Shown here one piece after another: positions 7,235 through 16,273 of a DNA stretch of 56,852 bases. The stretch is from a bacterium (GTDB lineage: Bacteria > Patescibacteriota > Minisyncoccia > UBA6257 > JAGOQP01): assembly GCA_021780155.1 (NCBI GenBank), contig JAJXZH010000006.1, forward strand, positions 1-56,852. Direction: 5' to 3'. Under the pieces are notes generated by a model that saw only the letters and a list, made by a program, of their open reading frames with translations, had not been told where the DNA came from and made no database searches. The translations under genes and the position numbers were made by a program. Numbering within the stretch: position 1 is the stretch's first letter; each line of letters starts with the position of its first letter.

Positions 7235-9910
7235 TTAATGACCGTGGCATTTCTTATATTTTTTTCCGCTTCCACACCAGCACGGATCGTTTCTTCCTAT
7301 CTTTCTTGACGCGGACGAACTCTGATTCATGCCCGAATTTGAACTCATATTTACGTCTGTATTTATCCGATTATTATCCGAGTGAATCTGCGACGTCTGA
7401 AATACGTTTGAGACGACCCAATCTTCGGAATTTGAAATTAAATTCTTAAACATATCAAAACTTTCCCGCTTGTATTCAACTAATGGGTCTCTTTGCCCAT
7501 AAGCGCGCATACGCACTGATTCCATTAATGCCTCCAGATTTTCAAGATGATTTGTCCAAAAAATATCCACAGAGGCAATAATTTTTAATCCGGTCTGAAT
7601 GTCTTTTGATGCTTCTTCTATTTTGTTTTTTATTATTTCCGGAAGTTGACCGGACATAATTTTATCCATTTCTTCTTTTGGTAAGTCCTCTTTTTTGTCT
7701 ACAAGTTTTACCGCCAAAAGATAATCTAAAAGAGGAGATTTTTGATCATCCCCGCTTTCGATATTCATCTGTTCCATCTGCAAAATAACTCTATTTAAAG
7801 TATTGACGACAATTTCTTCAATAATTTCTTTGGTTTCTCCTTTTTCTATTTTTTCCAAAATGTTTTGTCTCCTTTTATAAACCGTCTGCCTTTGTTTGCT
7901 TAATACCATATCGTATTCAAGCAAATGATTTCTGGCATCAAAATTTATCCCTTCAACTTTTTTTTGAGCTTCATTTATCACTTTGACTATAATACCCGAT
8001 TCCATCGGTTGATCTTCGGGCAAATTCATAGAAGTCATTAAACTTTTTATTCTGTCTCCACCAAAAATCCTTAACATATCGTCTTCCAGCGACAAAAAAA
8101 ATCTTGTTTCTCCCGGGTCTCCCTGTCTTCCAGAACGTCCTCTTAACTGATTATCTATTCTTCTGGCATCATTCCTTTGAGTGCCAATAACATAAAGACC
8201 CCCCAAATTTTTTATTTTTTCGGCATTCTCCGAAGATGGCGGGTTTCCGCCTAAAACAATATCCACTCCTCTTCCTGCCATATTGGTTGCCAAAGTAACC
8301 GCACTTAATTTCCCGGCTTGAGCAATTATTTCTCCCTCCCTTTCATGATTTTTGGCATTTAATACTTCATGACCGATTCCCGAATTTGAAAAATAAGAAG
8401 ACAATAAAACATTTTCATCAATAGAAGTTGTCCCCACCAAAACCGGCTGGCCCTTTATTTGTCGTTCTTTGACTTCACTTACAATTGCCTTATATTTTGC
8501 CTCTTTGGTTTTGTAAATAAAATCCGAAGAATCTTTTCTTTGGGATGGCTTGTTTGTTGGAACGGTAATAACTTCAAGTCCATACACTTTATTAAATTCT
8601 TCTGCCGAAGTTGCCGCCGTGCCAGTCATCCCGGAAATTTTTTCGTAAAGACGAAAATAATTTTGAATAGTTATCTGAGCAAAAGTTTTTTGTTCGTCTT
8701 GAACTTGAACTCCTTCTTTTGCCTCAATTGCCTGATGAAGCCCTCCGGAATATCTTCTTCCAAACATTAATCTTCCCGTAAATTCATCAACGATAATTAT
8801 TTCATTATTTCCATTAACAGATTTAATGACATAATTTCTGTCTTTAAAAAATAATGCTTTGGCTTTAAGAGATTCTTCAAGATAATGAACAAGTCGCAAA
8901 TTTGTTGAATCGTATAAATTGTCTATATTTAAAATTTTTTCCACTTTGGCAATTCCGTCGTTTGTAATTTGAACCGATTTTATTTTTTCATCAACAATAT
9001 AATCTTTTTCTTTTTCCAAAGATTGAACTATTCTGGCAAAAAGTTTGTAATATTCAGCCGCTTGAGTATCGGGCGCCGAAATAATTAACGGCGTTCTTGC
9101 TTCATCAATAAGAATGCTATCTACCTCGTCAATAATCGCAAAATATGGTTTTCTTTGAACTTGCTGAGCGGAAGAATAAGCCAAATTATCTCTCAAATAA
9201 TCAAAGCCAAATTCCTGATTAGTTCCATAAACTATATCGGCAAGATATGCTTCTTTTCTTGATATTGGCCTTAAATATTCTTTTTGAACTCTAAAACTTC
9301 CGGTTTTGTCCCTTTCATTATCAAGCATTACAGAATCTTCTTTTGATATTTTTTCATTGTCATTTTCCTGCTTGCCGGTAGATACGGTATTTTTTATATT
9401 TTCACTTTGATTCTCTTGCGTATACGCAGAATCATAAATAAAAGCTTGATCATGCACTATACATGCCACAGATAGTCCCAACATATCATATACTTGCCCC
9501 ATCCAAACGGCATCACGTTGCGCCAAATAATCGTTGACAGTAATTATATGAACTCCTTTACCGGTAAGTCCGCGCAAATATGCGGGAGCGGTAGCGGCAA
9601 GAGTTTTTCCTTCTCCGGTAGCCATTTCGGCGATCTTTCCTTCAAATAAAACAATTCCCCCAATAAGCTGAGCATCAAAATGTCTCTGCTTCAAATTTCT
9701 TTTGGCAGATTCCCTAATCAAAGCAAACGCTTCGGTAAGTGCGTCTTTTAAATCTAGATTTCCTTCTTGGATTTTGCTTTTAAGATTTGAGCTCCTTTCT
9801 TTAATCTCTTTACCACTTAAAGAAATAAGGTCTTTTTCAAAAGCATTTATTTTCTCAATTTCGTCTTTGTATTTGTTTATGGGAGAAAATATTTTTTTGA
9901 ATATGGACAT
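7235..9910 (-). CDS. secA: preprotein translocase ATPase SecA
   Basis: Walker A MATGEGKTL and DEAD-like IIDEVDSILIDEARTPLIIS. The C-terminal zinc finger CWCGSGKKYKKCHG is present. Confidence 0.97.
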   Translation of the reverse strand: MSIFKKIFSPINKYKDEIEKINAFEKDLISLSGKEIKERSSNLKSKIQEGNLDLKDALTEAFALIRESAKRNLKQRHFDAQLIGGIVLFEGKIAEMATGEGKTLAATAPAYLRGLTGKGVHIITVNDYLAQRDAVWMGQVYDMLGLSVACIVHDQAFIYDSAYTQENQSENIKNTVSTGKQENDNEKISKEDSVMLDNERDKTGSFRVQKEYLRPISRKEAYLADIVYGTNQEFGFDYLRDNLAYSSAQQVQRKPYFAIIDEVDSILIDEARTPLIISAPDTQAAEYYKLFARIVQSLEKEKDYIVDEKIKSVQITNDGIAKVEKILNIDNLYDSTNLRLVHYLEESLKAKALFFKDRNYVIKSVNGNNEIIIVDEFTGRLMFGRRYSGGLHQAIEAKEGVQVQDEQKTFAQITIQNYFRLYEKISGMTGTAATSAEEFNKVYGLEVITVPTNKPSQRKDSSDFIYKTKEAKYKAIVSEVKERQIKGQPVLVGTTSIDENVLLSSYFSNSGIGHEVLNAKNHEREGEIIAQAGKLSAVTLATNMAGRGVDIVLGGNPPSSENAEKIKNLGGLYVIGTQRNDARRIDNQLRGRSGRQGDPGETRFFLSLEDDMLRIFGGDRIKSLMTSMNLPEDQPMESGIIVKVINEAQKKVEGINFDARNHLLEYDMVLSKQRQTVYKRRQNILEKIEKGETKEIIEEIVVNTLNRVILQMEQMNIESGDDQKSPLLDYLLAVKLVDKKEDLPKEEMDKIMSGQLPEIIKNKIEEASKDIQTGLKIIASVDIFWTNHLENLEALMESVRMRAYGQRDPLVEYKRESFDMFKNLISNSEDWVVSNVFQTSQIHSDNNRINTDVNMSSNSGMNQSSSASRKIGRNDPCWCGSGKKYKKCHGH

Positions 9911-9962
9911 TTGATTTTTTAAAACGAAAATTAGTCAAAACAAAAATAGACATTAAAAAAAA

Positions 9963-10316
9963 TTATTTATTTTTTAATTGATCTATTTCTTTTTTATCTT
10001 TGGAAATTGTTCTTTCCTTGAATTTTTCCAGCTCAACCTTCATTCTGTCTTTTGCGATATCTATTGCCGAGTGCATATCCTCATTATTTTCTTCTATCCT
10101 TAAAGTTTTTCCCGATATCGGCAATGAACACTCCACATAAAAAACATCTCCTTTGTTGTGATGATTGGTTGTTCTGGCAATTTCAACTTTCAAAAGCAAC
10201 TCCCCTTTTAATTCAAAACTTTTTATAATTTTCCCCAAAGTTAAGAATTTATTATTGACATATTCTTTTAATGAGTCATTAAGTTCAATTTTGGTCGATT
10301 TTATGGCAATTTTCAT
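9963..10316 (-). CDS. hpf: ribosome hibernation promoting factor (HPF/RaiA family)
   Basis: 117 aa. MKIAIKSTKIELNDSLKEYVNNK... is a typical sigma54-modulation/S30EA fold sequence. Confidence 0.8.
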   Translation of the reverse strand: MKIAIKSTKIELNDSLKEYVNNKFLTLGKIIKSFELKGELLLKVEIARTTNHHNKGDVFYVECSLPISGKTLRIEENNEDMHSAIDIAKDRMKVELEKFKERTISKDKKEIDQLKNK

Positions 10317-10375
10317 GTTTTTGATTGTTTTTTAATAATAATAAAGCAAAAGGATTTTACCACGATTTTTTGAGC

Positions 10376-10404
10376 AAAAAAAGCCCCCCGACATTTCGAG
10401 GGGC
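10376..10404 (-). terminator. rho-independent terminator
   Basis: On the minus strand, GCCCCTCG-AAATGT-CGGGGGGC forms an 8-bp stem followed by TTTTTTT. Confidence 0.65.
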
Positions 10405-10417
10405 AAGTTAAAATCAT

Positions 10418-10492
10418 TTATCTTTTTTTTGATTTTTTAACTTTCTTGGCTTTCTTTACAACTTTCTTTTTAGCCATTTTTTTCTTTGCCAT
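10418..10492 (-). CDS. candidate 24-aa lysine-rich micro-ORF (MAKKKMAKKKVVKKAKKVKKSKKR)
   Basis: ATG..TAA ORF below the track cutoff, followed directly by the terminator at 10376-10404. No homology was assessed. Confidence 0.25.
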   Translation of the reverse strand: MAKKKMAKKKVVKKAKKVKKSKKR

Positions 10493-10733
10493 TATTTTTG
10501 TTTCCTATGAATCAATTTTTATAAAAAATTTTTACAAAGGAAAATTAATTTTAAAGAAACGATCGTCGACCAGTCAATCGTTCTGTTATAAAAATATTAA
10601 TAAACTAATTATAACTTTAATTTTAAAATAATAACAGAGAAAAAAGTGGATAACTCAAAAATAAATCAAAATACAAAAAATAAAAAATAAAAATAATAAT
10701 CCAAAATTAAAAATTTTATAAAACTAATCAGCT

Positions 10734-11714
10734 TCAGTATATTATCTCTATTTCTTCTTCCAATTTAACTCTAAATTTTTTAAAAACTCGTTTTTTGGCA
10801 ATAGTAATTAACTTTTTAACATCTTTTGAGTTGGCATTATTAAAATTGACGATAAAATTGGGGTGTTTTTCGGAAAATTTGGCACCCCCTATGGCAAATC
10901 CCTTGAGACCTACAAAATTTAAAAGAATGGCTACCGGCAAAACGGGAACCGGATCGTTTTTTGTTTTATTTGAAAATAAATCAATAACTTTCTTGGGAAT
11001 ATTATTAATCGGAACATTCTTAAATGTACTTCCTAAACTCGGCAGATCCATAGGATGTTTAGACCATCTATATTTTTTTATGTTATTGGCTCTGTCTATC
11101 TCTTTTTTTATTGATTTTTTATTTTTTAGTTTTAAATAAACTCCGGTAATAATTTTATCAGTGCCGTTTTTATTGTCTTCTTTAAAAATACTCGTTCTGT
11201 ATCCAAATTTACACTCTTTTTTTGAACGGATAAATATGCCGATTTTTCCAACAGCGTCAATATCAATACTTTCTACTTTTATAACGGAATTTTTTATCTC
11301 TCCGCCAAAAGCTCCGGCATCCCCCCTTACCGCTCCGCCGACACTCCCGGGAAGTCCTGCCGACCACTCCAGTCCGGACAAATTATTTTTAAAACAATAT
11401 TTTAACAGCCGACTCATTTCAGTTCCCGAACCAACATAAATAATTTCTTTGTTTATTTTTTTTATAAAATTTATTTTATTTAAAATTACAAGACCATTAA
11501 AAACTTCATCCGAAAACAAAATATTGGTTGCACCACCTATAACCATAATCTTCTTTAATCCTCGTAGACTATTTTCCTTAATCCACCAATTCAAAATTTC
11601 TATTAAAGATTTTACCGAATGCGTAGCAAAAAAATATTTAACCAATCCTCCAATTTTTATATGGCTTATTTTCTTTAGAGATTCAGATTTTTTGATTCCT
11701 TTTGAAAAATCCAT
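10734..11714 (-). CDS. murB: UDP-N-acetylenolpyruvoylglucosamine reductase MurB
   Basis: FAD-binding GGATNILF, then GLEWSAGLPGSVGGAVRGDAGAFGGEI and the MurB C-terminal domain. Confidence 0.9.
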   Translation of the reverse strand: MDFSKGIKKSESLKKISHIKIGGLVKYFFATHSVKSLIEILNWWIKENSLRGLKKIMVIGGATNILFSDEVFNGLVILNKINFIKKINKEIIYVGSGTEMSRLLKYCFKNNLSGLEWSAGLPGSVGGAVRGDAGAFGGEIKNSVIKVESIDIDAVGKIGIFIRSKKECKFGYRTSIFKEDNKNGTDKIITGVYLKLKNKKSIKKEIDRANNIKKYRWSKHPMDLPSLGSTFKNVPINNIPKKVIDLFSNKTKNDPVPVLPVAILLNFVGLKGFAIGGAKFSEKHPNFIVNFNNANSKDVKKLITIAKKRVFKKFRVKLEEEIEIIY

Positions 11715-11730
11715 ATAAATATAATAACGA

Positions 11731-11757
11731 AAAAAGCCCCATTTACAATGTGGGCTT
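11731..11757 (-). terminator. rho-independent terminator downstream of the 705-aa gene
   Basis: On the minus strand, AGCCCACATTGTAAATGGGGCT is followed by TTTTT. Confidence 0.5.
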
Positions 11758-11869
11758 TGGGGATTTTTTCGATGGTAGCGGCGGTGACCTCCTTGTTTTT
11801 TTATTGAGTGAGTGCTCGTCCGCTACCAATTATCATTATACAAAAGACCTTTTTTATTGCAACTATCAA

Positions 11870-13987
11870 TTATCTGCCAATTATCCGTTTGAATATATTA
11901 AGTAGAGAACTGAACGAAAACATCTGATTTGCAGGGACTGTTGGATTTCCAGTTGAATTGCTTACCGATTGATTTTGATTGGTATTTGTACCAACACTTC
12001 CCATAGGAATTTCAACAGCAAATGATGCTTTGATGACATCAATATGTTTTGAATCGTATTTTATAACCGCAAAATTTTTGGAATCGGTTTGTATCAATAT
12101 TGCATTTTCTGGAACTGAACCTGACGATAGATAAGCGCTGGACCTGAGATGATTTTTATATTCCGTCATCTGATTATTAGGATCACTTATCCAAGAAAAT
12201 GATTGTCCATTTCCGGTAAAACTTAATCTATCTTCCTTGAAATTTGGACCATAATTATCAAGAGCATATGTGTTCTGATACGCCAAACCATTGGAAAATG
12301 CTCTTATATTAGAATTTATTCCCCTGTAGGCCGAATTAGAACCACAATGAGCATCAACAAACCCACCAAGTCCCATCCCTCTCTGTTCACAAATAAGCGA
12401 ATTTCCGATTTCTGTAAGTACCGGATTGGCCTGATAAGGAGCCAACTCATTAGACTGCAAAACCGGTTTTACAAAATTATCATCAAACGAAAACACTCCA
12501 ACTCCGACATCAAGCAAACCAGTAGATGTCATTTTGTTTGCCATATCCAAAGAATAACTGGCGTTAGGAGGAACCAATTCCGAACTAACGGTTTGATATA
12601 AACTGATAATTTTTTTATTTATTGGGTCAATAATAATATTTTCTTGCGGATGGGTAAATATTCCATTTAATCCGAGTATTTTACTTTCAGAACCAAGCAA
12701 AAACGATTCATCGTCTTTTATAAATACCCTCTGAGGATTCTTTGGATCCATTACATCGATTACGACCAGATCGTTTCCATTCCCATTTCGAAGCGCATGA
12801 AAATTCTCAGACGCTGACACTGCGATATATTGCTTATCGGAAATTATAAAGCTTGACCAGTTTGAATCAATGGAAAATCCGGAGCATTTATCTGGTTGAG
12901 CAAATCCGCCATTAACTCCTAAATAGACAGATCTTGAATTAAAACCGTAACATCCACCATGGATTGAAACGCTGCCAATTTTATTTATTGAGTTTGGATT
13001 ATTTATCCCATATAAATCAAATCCAATAGTAGAAGTCGATGAATGATTTACTGAAATTCCATATGCATTATTGCCACCTCCAACAAAAACATATGACATA
13101 TTCGGATTTGACTTATTATTTGAAACAGGCGTAGTCACTCCCAAGCTATTTAAAGAATAAAAAGTGGGTATAGGTTTATTGGGATAAGATGGAATTGTAA
13201 GTATATTTGAATAACCATCGGCAACAATCAAAGAACCCGCATCATTTTGAATGAGATTTTTTTTAAGCAATTTCAGACCATAAGGATTGCTCGCATCAAA
13301 TACATATAAGGCCGGGGCGCTGGTAAGCGCAATTAAATATTTTTTCGTTCCCAGTGAAAGAGATTTTACCGAAAGAATATCTTCTTTTGTTCCACTAAGA
13401 TCCAAAGGAAGCGACTGATAAGAAAGAGATGCGATCGACGTTTTCTGAGTGTTTACTGAATTATCCGACGGTGAAACATAGTCAACCGGACTGCCGGTAT
13501 CGGAGTAAATATATTTATCAACACAAGATATTGTATAATTTAAATTACTTGATGTAGTTACTCTAAAATTATTAATCCAACAATGATCTATGCCGGTAGG
13601 AATAGTTGTAAAATTAATAACATACTGTTCATAATAATTTTTCGGGTCATTTAAAGGAATGGTGTAGGTTTCACCCAATTTGCCGTCACTAATAACTCCG
13701 CCCATGACAACGGGGGCATTGGTATTAATTAATTTGCTAATTTGAAACTTGAGTTGAGACGCTTCATCAGCAGTCATTGGTCGCGGATTAAGTAATTTAG
13801 TCGCATATACACTCCCTCCGACAATCTGACCAATCTGACCATCAAAAGTTGCGGTAAAATTACCGCTTGGCATTGCTTGTGCCGTTAGTAAATTATAAGC
13901 AATATCTATGGGATTTCCGTAAAAAATACCTACCAAACCGACCACAAGAATTGATAAAATCAATGCAAATAAAATTATTTTTGACAT
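11870..13987 (-). CDS. secreted beta-propeller-like protein with LVIVD-type repeats (function unknown)
   Basis: Signal/TM N-terminus MSKIILFALILSILVVG. Motifs LYVFDASNPYGLKL and DLVVIDVMDPKNPQRVF are present. The track start at 14002 is TTG; the ATG is at 13987. Confidence 0.45.
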   Translation of the reverse strand: MSKIILFALILSILVVGLVGIFYGNPIDIAYNLLTAQAMPSGNFTATFDGQIGQIVGGSVYATKLLNPRPMTADEASQLKFQISKLINTNAPVVMGGVISDGKLGETYTIPLNDPKNYYEQYVINFTTIPTGIDHCWINNFRVTTSSNLNYTISCVDKYIYSDTGSPVDYVSPSDNSVNTQKTSIASLSYQSLPLDLSGTKEDILSVKSLSLGTKKYLIALTSAPALYVFDASNPYGLKLLKKNLIQNDAGSLIVADGYSNILTIPSYPNKPIPTFYSLNSLGVTTPVSNNKSNPNMSYVFVGGGNNAYGISVNHSSTSTIGFDLYGINNPNSINKIGSVSIHGGCYGFNSRSVYLGVNGGFAQPDKCSGFSIDSNWSSFIISDKQYIAVSASENFHALRNGNGNDLVVIDVMDPKNPQRVFIKDDESFLLGSESKILGLNGIFTHPQENIIIDPINKKIISLYQTVSSELVPPNASYSLDMANKMTSTGLLDVGVGVFSFDDNFVKPVLQSNELAPYQANPVLTEIGNSLICEQRGMGLGGFVDAHCGSNSAYRGINSNIRAFSNGLAYQNTYALDNYGPNFKEDRLSFTGNGQSFSWISDPNNQMTEYKNHLRSSAYLSSGSVPENAILIQTDSKNFAVIKYDSKHIDVIKASFAVEIPMGSVGTNTNQNQSVSNSTGNPTVPANQMFSFSSLLNIFKRIIGR

Positions 13988-13993
13988 ATTGCT

Positions 13994-14022
13994 ATTATAC
14001 AAAAATAATTTCTAAACGTAAA
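13994..14022 (-). promoter_or_regulatory. sigma70-like promoter placed for a leaderless transcript
   Basis: On the minus strand, TTTACG-17 nt-TATAAT, with only 6 nt (AGCAAT) between the -10 box and the ATG at 13987. No SD is present. Confidence 0.4.
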
Positions 14023-14040
14023 TCTCAAAAAAATCTTTGA

Positions 14041-14069
14041 AATTAAAACCCCGCTCCTTGCGAAGCGGG
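14041..14069 (-). terminator. rho-independent terminator
   Basis: On the minus strand, CCCCGCT-TCGCAAGG-AGCGGGG is followed by TTTTAATTT. Confidence 0.65.
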
Positions 14070-14136
14070 GAAAACGCGAGGGACAAGCCTCAATCGATAT
14101 CATCGCTGAGATTTGTCTATCACTCACTCAAAAGCC

Positions 14137-14165
14137 ATTATACTCCCAAGAGCACAAAAAGTCAA
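14137..14165 (-). promoter_or_regulatory. near-consensus sigma70 promoter (TTGACT-17-TATAAT)
   Basis: On the minus strand, the -35 box is at 14160-14165 and the -10 box at 14137-14142. It lies just downstream of the nadK stop and about 60-90 nt upstream of the 14041-14069 terminator. Confidence 0.45.
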
Positions 14166-14191
14166 TCCTGCACCTTTCCCGCACTTTTTAA

Positions 14192-14872
14192 CTAATTATA
14201 GAAACTCACAAAATTGAATTCTTCTTTTGATTTTCTCACAACAACGGTTTGCCCCTCTTTTAATAACATTCTTCTTGGATTGTTATCGGCATAGCATTCT
14301 GCCGGCCCCCTTGTTATTTTAATTTTTATTTCTGAATTTTCATTAATCACCATATGATCTATGCTTTCAGTGCTGTTATTAAACGCCAACCCCGTTCCCA
14401 CATAAAAAATACTATCTGTTATGGAACGAAAGTATCCGGTTGCTCCAAAAGATGTAGCAACAACAACGCCATCTCCGATTGCTTCTTTATAAAAATCAAT
14501 ATCTTTAATCGCTACTGAATATCTTATGGCATGACGGGGATTTCCATTATGAATAACAATATCGTTAATACCTAAAATTTTTTTATTTTTGGATTCGGCT
14601 TCAAGTTTATAAAATTTTTTTATTTCAAAATTTTTATTTTTAATTTTTGAAACTATTTTTTTAAAAGACAGCTTTGGACATTTTTTACAAATTTTTGATT
14701 TTTTTATAATCACTTTTGGGACTTTCGGATATTTTTGCTCCGCCTTCATTAAAGAGCCGTCTCCCCCAAAAACGAAAACAAAATCCGGTATTGGCAAATT
14801 TATTTTGAATCCAACTTTTTTTAAATAATCCTTTTCCGCTTTTGAAATTTTTCCAAATATTTTTATATTCAT
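14192..14872 (-). CDS. nadK: NAD kinase
   Basis: Motifs GGDGSLM, NDIVIH and GDGVVVATSFGATGYFRS. Confidence 0.85.
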   Translation of the reverse strand: MNIKIFGKISKAEKDYLKKVGFKINLPIPDFVFVFGGDGSLMKAEQKYPKVPKVIIKKSKICKKCPKLSFKKIVSKIKNKNFEIKKFYKLEAESKNKKILGINDIVIHNGNPRHAIRYSVAIKDIDFYKEAIGDGVVVATSFGATGYFRSITDSIFYVGTGLAFNNSTESIDHMVINENSEIKIKITRGPAECYADNNPRRMLLKEGQTVVVRKSKEEFNFVSFYN

Positions 14873-14886
14873 TTTTAATATCCAAA

Positions 14887-15507
14887 TTATTTATTTTCCT
14901 TGTCAGGAATAAAAACAAAAAATTTATAACCAATAAAATTCCAAACCAATGAAGCCAGCGTGGCAAATAAAAATCCGACATTGGCCCATCTTTTTGGGGA
15001 AAATCCCTTTAAAGCGCTTATATCATTGACCACAAAAAAAGCCGCCGCCAAATTAATAATTAATCCCACAATACTCACCGCAAAAAATTTCCAAAATTCT
15101 TTAACATTTATTTTTTCTCCAATTTCAAAAGTCCAATAATGATTCCAAAAATAACTTGCCAAATTGGCAACAATAAAAGAAATTCCTTTGAAAAAAATAA
15201 ATCCCCAACCGGCGGCAATTGACGTTAAATACATAAATAAATTTAAAATTCCTCCATCAAGCAAGGTATTAAATCCACCAACAGCCACAAACTTGGCTAC
15301 TTGTAAAAAAACGGGGATTTTTCTGGCAATCAGCGAAGAAATCAATAACGCCAAAACCGACAAAAAAGCCAAAACTAAAACCAAGCCAACGTCAAAATAA
15401 AAATTCAAGTTTATTCCCAAATTTAAATTGTTTAAAACCGGAATCAAAAATAAACCAAAACAAAGGCCGATAAAAAAAACAAAAAAATAATCTCTTTTTG
15501 AAAGCAT
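14887..15507 (-). CDS. GtrA-like family membrane protein
   Basis: Polytopic membrane protein. It has FVAVGGFNTLLDGGILNLF and a C-terminal WNFIGYKFFVF, typical of GtrA. Confidence 0.6.
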   Translation of the reverse strand: MLSKRDYFFVFFIGLCFGLFLIPVLNNLNLGINLNFYFDVGLVLVLAFLSVLALLISSLIARKIPVFLQVAKFVAVGGFNTLLDGGILNLFMYLTSIAAGWGFIFFKGISFIVANLASYFWNHYWTFEIGEKINVKEFWKFFAVSIVGLIINLAAAFFVVNDISALKGFSPKRWANVGFLFATLASLVWNFIGYKFFVFIPDKENK

Positions 15508-15515
15508 ACTTTAGT

Positions 15516-16172
15516 TTATAACTTTATAAAATCAACTATTTTATCAATTAGCTCCGGATGTCCCTGACACATCGTTGTCCCATGGCCGGCATCTTTAAAA
15601 ATTATTTTTTCTTTTTTAACTCCGTTAGGAAAAAGTCCCGATAATTCTTCAATATTTTCAACGGAATAATTGTCATTTTCACTTCCAACAAGAAGAACTT
15701 TAGTTCCATTTTTTATTTTGGTAGAAAAAATTTTAGCGTTAATCCCCCTATAATTTAACCCCGGAGAAAGCAAAACAATTTTTTTTATTCTTTCATCTTC
15801 CGACGCTTCTTGAATTGATAGGTTAGCACCAATTGACGCGCCTATCAAAAAGACAGGTAATTTATCGCTACTATATTTTTCAAAAATAAAGTCGGTAGCA
15901 GCTTTAACGTCTTTTATTTTTTCCTGATGCTGTTTGTCATTAAATTTTAAATATCCTTCGGGGCCGTCTTGAGATTCTCCATGTCCCCTGAAATCAATGG
16001 CAATTCCGGCGTATCCTTCTTTTTGTAATTTTTCAGCCAAAATATTATATGAATTTTTTGTCGCTGGCATCATATGCAGAAAAACTACCAATCCTTTTGG
16101 GCTCAAAACTTCAAACAAATTTCCCGACAAATTTATATTGTCGATAGTTTTTATTTTTATTTGAGAATGCAT
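15516..16172 (-). CDS. alpha/beta hydrolase
   Basis: HMMP oxyanion-type region, nucleophile elbow GASIGAN, and a C-terminal GHG. The track start at 16229 is TTG; the first ATG is at 16172. Confidence 0.65.
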   Translation of the reverse strand: MHSQIKIKTIDNINLSGNLFEVLSPKGLVVFLHMMPATKNSYNILAEKLQKEGYAGIAIDFRGHGESQDGPEGYLKFNDKQHQEKIKDVKAATDFIFEKYSSDKLPVFLIGASIGANLSIQEASEDERIKKIVLLSPGLNYRGINAKIFSTKIKNGTKVLLVGSENDNYSVENIEELSGLFPNGVKKEKIIFKDAGHGTTMCQGHPELIDKIVDFIKL

Positions 16173-16273
16173 AAAGAACCGACTATTTTCCGCTGTTAAA
16201 TAAGAAAATAAAACCGGAAAGCATGACAATAGTCATAATAATAATCAAAATTATGACGGTTGTTGTTATTAAT

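Larger units (their letters stand above)
6467..7236 (-). mobile_element. RAYT (IS200-like Y1 transposase) gene bracketed by its putative cognate palindromic REPs
   Basis: 29-nt palindromes AATCTAAGGAAGTC-G-GACTTCCTTAGATT (6467-6495) and AATCTAAGGAAGTCCGACTTCAATAGATT (7208-7236) flank the gene. Each overlaps a stop codon, of the RAYT and of secA respectively. Confidence 0.7.

Noticed and set aside
11804-14131. An 11-nt inverted match (TTGAGTGAGTG at 11804-11814 versus CACTCACTCAA at 14121-14131) flanking the 705-aa propeller-protein gene, considered as terminal inverted repeats of a mobile element.
   Set aside because: Only 11 nt match and the similarity does not extend further. There is no transposase or target duplication. 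Matches of this length are expected by chance in a 57-kb window.
14685-14981. 98-aa ORF overlapping the nadK start and the GtrA-like gene end.
   Set aside because: It overlaps two better-supported genes out of frame and has no independent signals.
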